IMG/VR virus record: IMGVR_UViG_3300025154_001007
Span: 1 to 56,027 of that record
Source of the DNA: a virus
Lineage: Duplodnaviria > Caudoviricetes
DNA: 56,027 nucleotides
Strand: one strand, 5' to 3'
Position numbers and translations under genes: made by a program. The notes beneath the pieces were generated by a model that saw only the letters and a list, made by a program, of their open reading frames with translations, made no database searches and was not told the origin of the DNA. This document shows positions 1 to 9,462 of this stretch, one piece after another; position 1 is the stretch's first letter, and each line of letters opens with the position of its first letter.

Positions 1-8
1 GACCTAAA

Positions 9-134
9 CCCCTGCAGCCGCTCCGAGCGCCGCGCCTGCACCTTCAAGTACCGGCCTGTAAAGCGGCGAAGTTGCCCGGAGTCCTTTTTTTGTGGCGTCT
101 TCGAGCTGCGCTGTATCTTCAAGTCCTATTCCGG
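9..134. repeat. 126-bp terminal direct repeat, left copy (circular assembly overlap)
   Basis: Identical to 55902-56027; joining the ends restores one continuous reading frame. Confidence 0.95.
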
Positions 135-453
135 CGTAGTTTTCGAGGTCTGCGGGGTTTAGGTCGGGTTCTGGCTTTTGCGGCATCTGCGGCGCTGGCT
201 GATCTTGCATGCCCTGGGGTTGCGCTGATTGCGGCATTTCGGGCTGTGGGGTAGGCGTAGGCGCTTGAGGCTCAACGTCAGGCTGCGCACTCCCATATTT
301 CTTCCTGATTCCAGCAACAGCCGTAGCTCTTTCGGTTTCAGGTAGAGCCGCAAAATCAGGATCGATTTTCATCAATACCTTGGTCATTTCAGCTTCAGGC
401 AGGGCGTGAAATTCAGGGTCTTTGACAACTTCAAAAACTGATGGGTAAGCCAT
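9..453 (-). CDS. N-terminal part of large DNA ejection/internal virion protein (continues at 55901..53428)
   Basis: LEGAGAALGAAAG runs in frame through the repeat into APGGPVGSVAGG...MYAGVKEKY; total about 972 aa. Confidence 0.85.
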
Positions 454-457
454 TTAC

Positions 458-1717
458 TTAGTCCTCGAATTTTTGGAGGTAGCTGCTGGCGTCCGTTTTT
501 GGGATTGCTTGTGGGTTGTCTTGACCGGCTTCGCGCATACGCTTGCGGGTGTCTTCGAGTTGATCCTTGACGCTTTTGAGCCGCATATTACCTGCGTTCT
601 TTGTTTCCTCAAGGAGTTTAAGCATGTCTCCAAGGCTTAGATTCTTGTCGTGAATTTTGGCCCATCGCTCTTGAGCACCAACCGACAATTCGGCCACAGA
701 TCCGGTTGAGCCTGTTGCAAGCTTGCCGATTTCAGATTCGATTTCAGCCAAGTACATATCATATTTGGCTTGCTCTGCGCTTCCGGCGAGTCTACCGCGC
801 ACCATGCGAAGCGGCACGTTAAGAAGTCTCGTATCAAAGGCACTGAGTTCCTTGGATAACTCTTTGACCTTATCGACCTGCTGCGAAAGGTTGTTGACAA
901 AGCTACCCATAGAGCCGAGTTGTTTTTCTTGTTGGGCGATAGAGCCCTTGAGCCCTGCCATGGTCGCTTGGCCTTCAAGAACGGTCGCCGCGCCTTTTGC
1001 GCCGCCCAATTCCGCGGACTTTTTCAATATCTTCATTCTGAGAGGGCTTTTACCCATGCCGAGGGCTGGCATAACGCCCTTCAGGTTGTACATGTTGGCG
1101 TGGTAGGTTATTTCTTCGTCGGTCATTTCGTCTGCCGGGTCGCCTTCGCCAAATACCGATGGACGGGCGCCCTTGGGTTCTTCTGCTGTGGTTCCGTCTG
1201 AGTAATAAATTCTGACTTTATCGCCAAGATCGATTTGACTCTCCACTCTCTTACCGCGCTTTTCGGGACCACTCGCAATGAGTGTACCTGATGCGTCGAA
1301 GCGCTTTTGCCCCTCTCCGAGCGTAAAGCCTTCGCCCGCTACTTGCTGCCGCAATGAATTAAGCATTGCCTTACCCTGCGCCATGGCCTGTGGGTCGAAT
1401 CTTTCGGGGGTGCGCTGCACAATGGTCTGAAAAAACTTTCCCTGTCCCATCGGCGTCTGCGCGATATGCCCAAGGAAAGACCGATAGGCTTGATGGCTTT
1501 GCTCATCATTTACCGAGTCCAGCGCCCTCTCGATGGTTTCGGCCTGGATTCCGAGAAGTTTCATCTCGCTTGCTTGGCCTTCTCGGGCATCGTTTCTTTC
1601 GTAAAGCGCGTTCTGCCGGTCCATCTGCTGTTGGCGTTGCCTAAAGTCTGCCGCGTTAGATAATGCCTGCTGACCCTGATAAAAGCCGCCCCAAGGATTA
1701 ACAAAGCCATCTGTCAT
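458..1717 (-). CDS. DNA ejection/internal virion protein (P22 gp20-like position)
   Basis: 419 aa, helical and Q/A/G-rich, FTLGEGQKRFD motif, lies between other ejection genes. Confidence 0.65.
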   Translation of the reverse strand: MTDGFVNPWGGFYQGQQALSNAADFRQRQQQMDRQNALYERNDAREGQASEMKLLGIQAETIERALDSVNDEQSHQAYRSFLGHIAQTPMGQGKFFQTIVQRTPERFDPQAMAQGKAMLNSLRQQVAGEGFTLGEGQKRFDASGTLIASGPEKRGKRVESQIDLGDKVRIYYSDGTTAEEPKGARPSVFGEGDPADEMTDEEITYHANMYNLKGVMPALGMGKSPLRMKILKKSAELGGAKGAATVLEGQATMAGLKGSIAQQEKQLGSMGSFVNNLSQQVDKVKELSKELSAFDTRLLNVPLRMVRGRLAGSAEQAKYDMYLAEIESEIGKLATGSTGSVAELSVGAQERWAKIHDKNLSLGDMLKLLEETKNAGNMRLKSVKDQLEDTRKRMREAGQDNPQAIPKTDASSYLQKFED

Positions 1718-1721
1718 GGTC

Positions 1722-2714
1722 TTACCCTTTCAGTTTTTCGCCGTCGATCCAGCCCTTCATAATGCCCTCATTTATAATATTGGCCGTAACGATATTTTCT
1801 ACCGCTCCGGTTTTGGCCTTGTAGAAGGGCGGGCAAGCAATATCGAATAAGTCTACGTTGTAAACATCGTACCAACTGACCAGCATGTAATAGATTCCAC
1901 CGAGTTGCATGTTGAAAAAGCTCGTCTTATTGGGCCGCCACCAGATAGGCTTTGCACCGTGCTTTTCGAGGCGCTTGACCATATCGGATGTGAATATCTT
2001 TGACTTGGCTTTGTTCTCTGCCCATAGGTTAGTGGCGGCCTTGATCCTTACTGACTCGATGGCGTCTTTGTTGGCTTCACAATAGGCAAGGATGCCATCA
2101 ATTTGTGAAAGGTCGTCTATCACAAAGAGCAGGGATTCGAGTTTGATTCCGTTTTGTTTGAAGGCTTCGACTACATTATAGTCTGCTCCGTTCGATTCTG
2201 GGTGCATTGAAAGGTTGATGGAAATCGTTCTGTGATCGTTTCCAAGAAGCGGTATCAAATCTTCGAGGTGATCGACAAGCTTTGTTCCGTTGGTCAAAAG
2301 CTCAACCGGAGCAATCGCTTTGACAGCCTTGACGATTTCAACAAGATCGCTCCGAAGTGTAGGCTCTCCTCCGGTCAAGATGATCGGTCCCATTGGCGCA
2401 TGAACAGTTGCTTCTGAAATGATTGACTCAAGCGTTCGATCTTTGCTTTGCTGGTCAACACCGTAATAGCAGTAGGCGCATTTCAGGTTGCATCTTTTTG
2501 TTACGTCCAGAAAATACCCTGGATAGAAGAAGGGCGCTCTGGCATTGAGGCATTGGAGATAAAACCCGACATCGCTTTCAACCGATTCGGCAAAGTGGCC
2601 GTGTATGTCGCATCTCTTTTCCATAACCACAACGCCGTTTAGAATCCCCACCTCTGCCGGTATTCTCTTGTAACAAGTCGGACAAAACGAGACTGTTTTC
2701 CTAATTACTTGCAT
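1722..2714 (-). CDS. Radical SAM Fe-S enzyme with N-terminal CxxC...CxxH metal site (MJ0619/MptM-like architecture)
   Basis: CNLKCAYC cluster motif, LTGGEPT, LLTNG, N-terminal CPTC...CDIHG. Confidence 0.9.
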   Translation of the reverse strand: MQVIRKTVSFCPTCYKRIPAEVGILNGVVVMEKRCDIHGHFAESVESDVGFYLQCLNARAPFFYPGYFLDVTKRCNLKCAYCYYGVDQQSKDRTLESIISEATVHAPMGPIILTGGEPTLRSDLVEIVKAVKAIAPVELLTNGTKLVDHLEDLIPLLGNDHRTISINLSMHPESNGADYNVVEAFKQNGIKLESLLFVIDDLSQIDGILAYCEANKDAIESVRIKAATNLWAENKAKSKIFTSDMVKRLEKHGAKPIWWRPNKTSFFNMQLGGIYYMLVSWYDVYNVDLFDIACPPFYKAKTGAVENIVTANIINEGIMKGWIDGEKLKG

Positions 2715-3184
2715 GTCCCCCCCTTAATGAAAAACTGCTCAAAATGTTCAAACCCTCGCTTCTTATACAACCTGTCAACCCCTTCCTTGATAGGCGTATT
2801 GATTGATATCATTACTACCTTATTTGCACCTTTTTTAAAAGACTCCTTTTCGAATTTATCTATCAGCCTGATACTGTTCATCCCCCTGTATTCTTCGTCC
2901 ACCCAATAGAAAAGTTCAATCATCAGCTTGATGCTGCGGTTATATCCCCAAGTACTGAGTCTTCCAGCAATCCCGCCCCGGACTTTGCCGCAAGGATCGT
3001 CTTTCAGCAAAATGACCAGCCCGGCTTCGTCCAGAATATAACCGGACAAAACCATATCCTTGAAGTCTTCACGGTTTAAGGGCATGCCTTGAGATTCATA
3101 GTCGGCATAGCTGAAAAACCTTTCGGCGCAATCCGCTATGCCTTCTATGTCAAATCTTGTGGCCGGAACGATTATCATCCCCAT
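2705..3184 (-). CDS. GNAT-family acetyltransferase
   Basis: ELFYWVDEEYRG motif A and LYKKRGF motif B. Confidence 0.85.
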   Translation of the reverse strand: MGMIIVPATRFDIEGIADCAERFFSYADYESQGMPLNREDFKDMVLSGYILDEAGLVILLKDDPCGKVRGGIAGRLSTWGYNRSIKLMIELFYWVDEEYRGMNSIRLIDKFEKESFKKGANKVVMISINTPIKEGVDRLYKKRGFEHFEQFFIKGGTCK

Positions 3185-4773
3185 GCCCCCGGTGTGTAGC
3201 TGCTTGACATGCCCTGGCCCATGCCGCCCATAAAACTTCCACCGCCGTACCCGGTTGATCCACCGTAGAACCCACCAGAACCGCCACCGTAATATGATTG
3301 TTGCTGTGGGGCAAATTGCATGTAATTAGCCGCCATATTTCCGCTGACCCCGCCGAGCCCTGACCACATCGCGGCATTTGCTTGTCCGGCCTGCATCGCA
3401 GCATTGGCCTGTGCGTTTCCGGCATAAAGGGCATTTTGGCCCATTTGCTGCCCGGTTGCCATTGAGTTCTGGCCAGCCGAACCAGCGGCCCCTGTCCCGA
3501 TCTTTGAAAGGTCAAGATTCTGATTATAAACTTGACCGTACAAGGCATTTCCCAATCCGTAAGCTGCTCCCAGGCGGCTAAGTGCCGTGTCCTGATTCCC
3601 CTGTAACCCGCTATAAAGCGAGTTCTGCTGATTCAAAAGACGATTGTAGAGCGTATCGCCTCTTTGGGCCTGCATCTGGTATTCACTCATGGCCTTTTGG
3701 GTCATGTAGTCGCGCTCGGCCACCTGGCGGGCATACTGCTTATCGATGTCTTCGGCCGCAACACCCATAGCCGTATCTGAAAGGGTGTTGACTCCTGCGC
3801 GACTGTCGAGCAACCCCTGTTTGGCCAAAGATGCTCTTGCGGCGTCCTGGGCCTGCTTCAGTTTGTATTGATAGATCGGATCGGACTCGTTCCAGTTGAA
3901 ATCAACTCTACCTTCAAGCGTCGGCGTCAGCGGCGATAACACGCCACCTTGGGTCAGGCTTGCGTTTTGCGTGGGCGTGTAATTGGCGCCACTCATGGAG
4001 TTAACATTCAAGGCATTCGGGCTCGCGCTGGCCGTTAGCACGTTTTGCATCGTCGTGTTGTTTGCGGTTCTCGTGTCTGCCGATAGCTTTTCCTTAACTG
4101 CTGTATCCCATTCGAGCCGATTTGCTGCTTGCTCGTCGGTTGTTTTCTGCTGAGTAGTTGCTTGAGTAGGGTTTCCCTGCAAGTACTGCAATATGGCGTT
4201 GTTGATATTGGCCTGGTTTCCGCTGGTGTTGCTTCCGGCATCGCTTGTAAATGCATTCTGCTGCATCTGGATCTGTGATTGAAGGTTCGCAAGTGACGTA
4301 TTGGTAGGCGCTGGAGAGGATGCCTGTTTGTAAAATTGGTTTTGAGTCGTTGCGCGTGGAGTTGTTGCCTGCGCCTGATAGTAGCTCGGAACTTGGTAGG
4401 TGCCTTTATTGACAGAGTAGAGCGCGTTAGAATCTCCCGGCGTGTAATCTCCACCGATCTGACCAGTTACAGGGTCAACCGTAAAAGCCCGGGGGTCGTA
4501 CTGCGCCACTCCAAGACCCTGCATATAGTTGTTATATGCTGGAATTACGGTTTCCTGAAGGTACTTTGGCATTTGCGTTTGAAGGCTCGAAATGCCCTGA
4601 TACCCTGCGTCAAGATAGGGTGCCCAATCTTTTTGAGACTGTTCCCACATCTTCAACATAGCATCGGTTGAAATTTGCGCGGCCTGCACTTGGGCATTGG
4701 CCCCTGTTTTTGCGGCATCTTTTTGCGCATCGCTTCCAACTATCGCCCCAACAACACCGGATACAGCACTCAT
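3175..4773 (-). CDS. DNA ejection/transfer protein (P22 gp7-like)
   Basis: G/A-rich N-terminus (GAIVGSDAQKDAA), PYLDAG and DPIYQY motifs, Q/N/A/G-rich; follows tail genes. Confidence 0.75.
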   Translation of the reverse strand: MSAVSGVVGAIVGSDAQKDAAKTGANAQVQAAQISTDAMLKMWEQSQKDWAPYLDAGYQGISSLQTQMPKYLQETVIPAYNNYMQGLGVAQYDPRAFTVDPVTGQIGGDYTPGDSNALYSVNKGTYQVPSYYQAQATTPRATTQNQFYKQASSPAPTNTSLANLQSQIQMQQNAFTSDAGSNTSGNQANINNAILQYLQGNPTQATTQQKTTDEQAANRLEWDTAVKEKLSADTRTANNTTMQNVLTASASPNALNVNSMSGANYTPTQNASLTQGGVLSPLTPTLEGRVDFNWNESDPIYQYKLKQAQDAARASLAKQGLLDSRAGVNTLSDTAMGVAAEDIDKQYARQVAERDYMTQKAMSEYQMQAQRGDTLYNRLLNQQNSLYSGLQGNQDTALSRLGAAYGLGNALYGQVYNQNLDLSKIGTGAAGSAGQNSMATGQQMGQNALYAGNAQANAAMQAGQANAAMWSGLGGVSGNMAANYMQFAPQQQSYYGGGSGGFYGGSTGYGGGSFMGGMGQGMSSSYTPGAWG

Positions 4774-4781
4774 GATTTACC

Positions 4782-4976
4782 TCACTTAGTCGTCAAGCCC
4801 CTGATTATGGCCAATAAAGCGTTGTAATCAGCAACAATTCCTGCGACATCAACGGCTGTGCTGTCAGCCGGGCAGTTACCTATGAGCTTGTTCCATAGGG
4901 CGGCGTTTTGCTTTGAGTATTCCCTGCGGCCTTGTTCTGTGTCGGCGTTGGGAGATAGTACCTTTTTCTCTGCCAT
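4782..4976 (-). CDS. Small virion fibre/needle-like protein
   Basis: ADSTAVDVAGIVADYNALLAIIR resembles the head-fibre trimerisation motif; gp26-like position. Confidence 0.55.
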   Translation of the reverse strand: MAEKKVLSPNADTEQGRREYSKQNAALWNKLIGNCPADSTAVDVAGIVADYNALLAIIRGLTTK

Positions 4977-6397
4977 TATGCGCCCCTCATGTCTTCTTGG
5001 ATGCTGACTAGGATTATGGGCGAATCATCGGTTATGGCCCATTCGTATTGACGGGTGTAGTATTGACCGCAAGGCCCGATCCTCTTTCGGTAGTCGGTTG
5101 AGCCGGTCGCTCCGAGCGTAATGGTTCTTTCGGTCTTCCAGCTTGTTCCTGGGTTGTCTCGCCACTTGAAGGTCAATGTGGCTATATCCGCAGATAGTTG
5201 GTTAGAGTCGCGTTTACAGTAGAACATATACCGAAGGGCGGTCTTTCGGATGTCCGGGGCTCCGTGGTGAACCATTGGGGTTCTGCCCATACTGCGCATG
5301 ATCTGGCCGTCATCCTGGTAGGTCGATGAGTCGAGCTTAAAGACCTTGCCAGAGGACCGATCCCCAGCGAGCGATAGGTTCCATTTGGTAGCTATGCAAA
5401 AATGCTGCCCCTTGAATCGGTTATATAGGGCTGTCACGGTATTCCATGAGCCGAGTTCAAACCAATAGGCCCCATTCAAATCAAGGCATAAGGTTTTGTC
5501 TTCGGTTGGGAAGCTCAAAATGTACTGAGGTCTGCCGTCAAAGTATGCGATCCCTCCGATGGCGTCGGATACCGAAGAAAAGCCTTGAATGTATTTGTTC
5601 GCTGTTAAGGCGATGGGCTCCACGCTTCGCCCGCCGCTGGACATTGCAACAATCTGGCGCTGATGGTCGAGCCATAACCATACCCCTCGGCCACTGAAAA
5701 ACACGGCTGAATGGGGCGCTGAGATCCCGCTTTCAACGGTGTATTGAGACTCTTTGACGAACGGGGTTACTCCGTCGTTTCTGTGGCCTTCTGTCGAGAC
5801 TTTACCGAAAAGCTCTATTTTATCCTGGGCAACCCCAAGGGCCGACAGCAGGTCGGGATAGGTCGAGGCCGATGCCCAATTCGATTGCCAATCTTCCGGG
5901 GCGTCCACTTGTGCCCACCAATATCTTTCTGATCCGGATTCAAGGGCCAAGAGATATTTATCGAGAACGGCGACATGGGAAACCGTCGTAGGGGCGTCGG
6001 CGTCCGCGATATATTCGGTGGTTCCAGAGGATTTAATTTCAACTATCCGGCCACCATTTGCGGCGTAAAGCGAGGTTCCGAAGTCGGCAAAATAGACTTT
6101 TTCGCCAACTTCGAAAGTATCCCCGGTAACATCTGAGAAAGTGCCGTTCTGGTCAGTGATTTTGTAGCAATTTCCGTTGCTGATTGCGATTACACACTCT
6201 TGCCGGTCCCACCAATAAAGGCCGTCGATTCCAGCGCCGGAGAGGGTATCGACCCACGCCAAAAGACCGGGCCGACGAACCACGTTGCCGTTAGAGTCAA
6301 GAAAGGCATCGACCAGGGCCGCTCCGTGAGTGGTCAGGCCGATTTCATCTATGTCTTTGTTTGCGCCTATATTTATTGGGAGTGCCTTGATTGTCAT
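4976..6397 (-). CDS. Packaged-DNA stabilisation/tail hub protein (P22 gp10-like)
   Basis: 473-aa beta-rich protein, RRPGL near N-terminus, WLDH and YILSFPT motifs, synteny. Confidence 0.8.
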   Translation of the reverse strand: MTIKALPINIGANKDIDEIGLTTHGAALVDAFLDSNGNVVRRPGLLAWVDTLSGAGIDGLYWWDRQECVIAISNGNCYKITDQNGTFSDVTGDTFEVGEKVYFADFGTSLYAANGGRIVEIKSSGTTEYIADADAPTTVSHVAVLDKYLLALESGSERYWWAQVDAPEDWQSNWASASTYPDLLSALGVAQDKIELFGKVSTEGHRNDGVTPFVKESQYTVESGISAPHSAVFFSGRGVWLWLDHQRQIVAMSSGGRSVEPIALTANKYIQGFSSVSDAIGGIAYFDGRPQYILSFPTEDKTLCLDLNGAYWFELGSWNTVTALYNRFKGQHFCIATKWNLSLAGDRSSGKVFKLDSSTYQDDGQIMRSMGRTPMVHHGAPDIRKTALRYMFYCKRDSNQLSADIATLTFKWRDNPGTSWKTERTITLGATGSTDYRKRIGPCGQYYTRQYEWAITDDSPIILVSIQEDMRGA

Positions 6398-6406
6398 TTT
6401 TTTACC

Positions 6407-6443
6407 TTGACACGTATGCCTGATGTATGCCTATCATATGCCC
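6407..6443 (+). promoter_or_regulatory. Putative promoter with GTATGCCT direct repeats (RHH operator candidate)
   Basis: TTGACA at 6407, TATCAT at 6432 (19-nt spacer); GTATGCCT at 6414 and 6425. Confidence 0.5.
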
Positions 6444-6463
6444 AACCAACACAGGAGGTCCGT

Positions 6464-7084
6464 ATGAAACGAATCAGTGTTTTTTTGCCGGAACCGTTTA
6501 TCGTTGCCCTGGAAAAGCTTGCCGCAAAGAAGGGATCGAACGTGTCTCAGTTGATCCGTGACGCTATTCATGCGTTTTTGAAGGCTGCCGGGGCGCTGTA
6601 TGTTCTGCTTGTGATCGGGTGCGCACAGAGTCCATCCGAAAGCGAAGAGTATTCTGAAAGAATCCGCGAATGGCAGACAAGGGAACAGGCGAGCCCGGAG
6701 ATTGTTACGCAGTGTCCCGAAGCTATAGATATCGTCGCAGATATCGGTAGCGTGCTCAACGAAGCTGCCTTTGGCTTTAGATACCGCACAGAAAAAGGGA
6801 ATTACTGGAAGACATCTTTTGAGGCGATAAGAGATGGTTTTGGCGACTGCGAAGACTCCGCCGCCATAGCATATAGAGTTATAAGCGATTCTTGCCTTGT
6901 AGCGAGATATGGGCTTGATGTCAGAATGAGGGCGGTCGATATTGAAGACTCTGACGATAACCACGTTATAGCCATAGCTTATACAGATTCCGGCGAGTTT
7001 GTAGAAATAAGTAATTTGTTTGCAAAAATCGGAGAAAGCGATAGACGCGTTATCGCAGAATTTACTGAATCTGAAATTTATTAG
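6464..7084 (+). CDS. RHH domain + lipobox + transglutaminase-like cysteine protease (BTLCP/LapG-like) fusion; moron
   Basis: AGGAGG RBS; MKRISVFL...VSQLIRDAI (RHH); ALYVLLVIGC; YWKT..E...GDCED and NHVIA. Confidence 0.75.
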   Translation: MKRISVFLPEPFIVALEKLAAKKGSNVSQLIRDAIHAFLKAAGALYVLLVIGCAQSPSESEEYSERIREWQTREQASPEIVTQCPEAIDIVADIGSVLNEAAFGFRYRTEKGNYWKTSFEAIRDGFGDCEDSAAIAYRVISDSCLVARYGLDVRMRAVDIEDSDDNHVIAIAYTDSGEFVEISNLFAKIGESDRRVIAEFTESEIY

Positions 7085-7121
7085 AACCATACCGCTATTC
7101 TATTGCTCTGCGTTTTGAGTT

Positions 7122-8750
7122 TTAATTTTTACCGTAGCTCACCAGCCTCATATGGGAATAATTGCTACCCGTGTACGATGATGTCCAATATGTATCGAAT
7201 CGACCCGAACTATCGAGTGGTATAGTTGCCTCAGATGAATTTGACGACACATTACCGCCAGCAGAATCAGTAAATGAATCTATATCAATTATGTCTGTGT
7301 AATTGTCGGCAGCACCAACTGTCCCTGTTTTTCTCGCATAGGCCTGGAAAGTCACGCTGGAAGATACCGGCCCGCCGTTTGCCACGGCCTTTACATAGAC
7401 CCTAATCCAACTAGACCCTGCGGGAACGCTATCAAGAGCTGTCCAGATATTGGCTGCCCCAGAACCTGTCGGGCCAACACTTTCCCACGCATTTTCTGCT
7501 ACCGAGGTTGTCAAGGTAAATAGCGCGGAACTGATGGCGGGATACCCACTGGCATGCGTTACTGCCGTTTCTCCACCTACATCTACGCCGCCGATCTGCA
7601 AGCCAACCGGAAAATTAGCTACGCCATCTGCGCCTAATTCAAGCGAAGACAGGCCAGTATTATGATCGAAAACAATATTTCTAGGGCTAGTGGCATGGTC
7701 TTTGCTGTAAATACGTATTCCGGCAGAGTCGCCTGATAAATCATATGGTCCAGCCCTGAGCCTAAGTTCGTCACGATCAACGTGATCGGTCCTTATTATC
7801 GCCACGTCTGTAACGCTGACGCTATTTCCCACCTCTAACTGGCCGCCAGTTACCGAAAGGCCATCCGTAAAGGTCTTGCCTGATAGATTCTCTGTACCGT
7901 CAAGCGTCACAAGGTTGTTTATGTCTGCTGCCGTTCTCGTGACGGCATGCAGCTTGGCAAAGTCGGCGGCAACAGCGCCTTGGTCGTGAAGTTGATTTAC
8001 TTCTGTTGCTGTGGTTGTCTGTAGTGTCCCGCCGATTGACAATGCGTCTACATCGGTAGCCGTGCTGTTGATTACAACCCGATCAACGCCAGCGGTCTTG
8101 ATCCGCACTTCGTCAACGTCTGCCGTGCGCTCAACCTCAATACCTGTGTCGCCATCTGAATCAAGCGTTGCAGACCTGATTCCGGCAATCCGAAGCGCTG
8201 TCCCGGAAGCATTGGGAACCACTTCAATGATTGTTCCAACTGAGGTAAACGCATAGTTCGCTGCGCCTTCAATGAGTTCTGCGCCAGAGGGATCAAGCGT
8301 AATGGCGTTAGCGCCTGATATGTGCATAATCTTTAAAGGGGAAACCCACGAAGAAACAGCCAGGAGATTGATTGTTACCGCGCCCGCCGTGGTATCGACT
8401 TCTAAAAAGTCGTCATCGCTGGTCTGCGAGGTCGTAGACGATACGGCCCGATTGTAATAATTTGGGTGCCGAACCTTTACGTTATCCCGCGGGAATCCAG
8501 AAACCTGCGCGCCGTCAACGTCGAGCACGTTGATTTTGTAAACGCCGTCGCCGTAGAGTTGGGCGGTTCCGATAGCCGAAAGCGTGTAGGACGTGAAAGG
8601 ATTGGTCTTTTCTTTTTCGGTCCATACGTTCTTTGGCGTGGTGGTTCCGGCTGAATAGAAATAGGCCGTGCCGCCGTTGACCAATTGCCCGGTTGAGGCG
8701 TCCCTGATTCCGGCCAAAAGTATTTCAATCTGGACTGCGCGAGTGCTCAT
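7122..8750 (-). CDS. Tail fibre/spike protein
   Basis: Podovirus attachment-type N-terminus (GGTAYFYSAGTTTPK...YKINVLD), T/S/G/A-rich beta body. Confidence 0.75.
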   Translation of the reverse strand: MSTRAVQIEILLAGIRDASTGQLVNGGTAYFYSAGTTTPKNVWTEKEKTNPFTSYTLSAIGTAQLYGDGVYKINVLDVDGAQVSGFPRDNVKVRHPNYYNRAVSSTTSQTSDDDFLEVDTTAGAVTINLLAVSSWVSPLKIMHISGANAITLDPSGAELIEGAANYAFTSVGTIIEVVPNASGTALRIAGIRSATLDSDGDTGIEVERTADVDEVRIKTAGVDRVVINSTATDVDALSIGGTLQTTTATEVNQLHDQGAVAADFAKLHAVTRTAADINNLVTLDGTENLSGKTFTDGLSVTGGQLEVGNSVSVTDVAIIRTDHVDRDELRLRAGPYDLSGDSAGIRIYSKDHATSPRNIVFDHNTGLSSLELGADGVANFPVGLQIGGVDVGGETAVTHASGYPAISSALFTLTTSVAENAWESVGPTGSGAANIWTALDSVPAGSSWIRVYVKAVANGGPVSSSVTFQAYARKTGTVGAADNYTDIIDIDSFTDSAGGNVSSNSSEATIPLDSSGRFDTYWTSSYTGSNYSHMRLVSYGKN

Positions 8751-9458
8751 TTAGTCATCCGTTCCGCTGAAAAGCCAATCACTGTTTGATCCGGCAGAGA
8801 AGGGCAGGGAGTTAGCAACAGGAACGCGCATTGACATATTCCTTCGCGCTATCGTCTGCCATGCACTGTTTGCGTCGGCCCATAGGCTTTGTTCAACTTG
8901 GGTTCCGTGCATCCTTGCAAGTTTGGCGGCAAGAATCGTTACCAGAGCGTCTTCGTATTCTGCCGGTAGGCTAATGGTGGTCCCAATCAATAGGGTACTG
9001 TGCAGGTCTTTTTCACTTTCGAGAAAGACCGTATAAATGCCATTCGGAACAGGATCGAGGTAAATGACTCCGACCGGATAAACAGGGTCATAAAACAACG
9101 CATAGGGCTGACTCTGAAGCGCTTTGTCAGCTATCCCGTTGTAGTCTTTTTCTGAAATGATCTCTAATGGATAGTCTTGATTGCTGGAGTCCCGAACATA
9201 CGCGCTCTTGATTTTCTTTGCTCGCTCGGAGGACGCCGTTCCACCAGATCCCATGGTGTAAGAAACTTGGCCTGCGGTTGTAGAAAATGACTCGCTGGTT
9301 GAGTACGGCAGAATAATGTTCTGAGTTGAGAGCCGCGCAATGATCCGATTGAGGAACCGCAGGCCAAGCGTCGATTGATTTCCGTCTGGACCGTCTACAG
9401 GGTCAACGACTTGCGATTCTATGTAGGCGTCCGTTACAATGGTTTGGGCGGTAGCCAT
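8751..9458 (-). CDS. Head-tail adaptor (P22 gp4-like)
   Basis: TAQTIVTDA...LRFLN and ISLPAEYEDAL..LA.KL patterns; synteny. Confidence 0.7.
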   Translation of the reverse strand: MATAQTIVTDAYIESQVVDPVDGPDGNQSTLGLRFLNRIIARLSTQNIILPYSTSESFSTTAGQVSYTMGSGGTASSERAKKIKSAYVRDSSNQDYPLEIISEKDYNGIADKALQSQPYALFYDPVYPVGVIYLDPVPNGIYTVFLESEKDLHSTLLIGTTISLPAEYEDALVTILAAKLARMHGTQVEQSLWADANSAWQTIARRNMSMRVPVANSLPFSAGSNSDWLFSGTDD

Positions 9459-9462
9459 GGCG

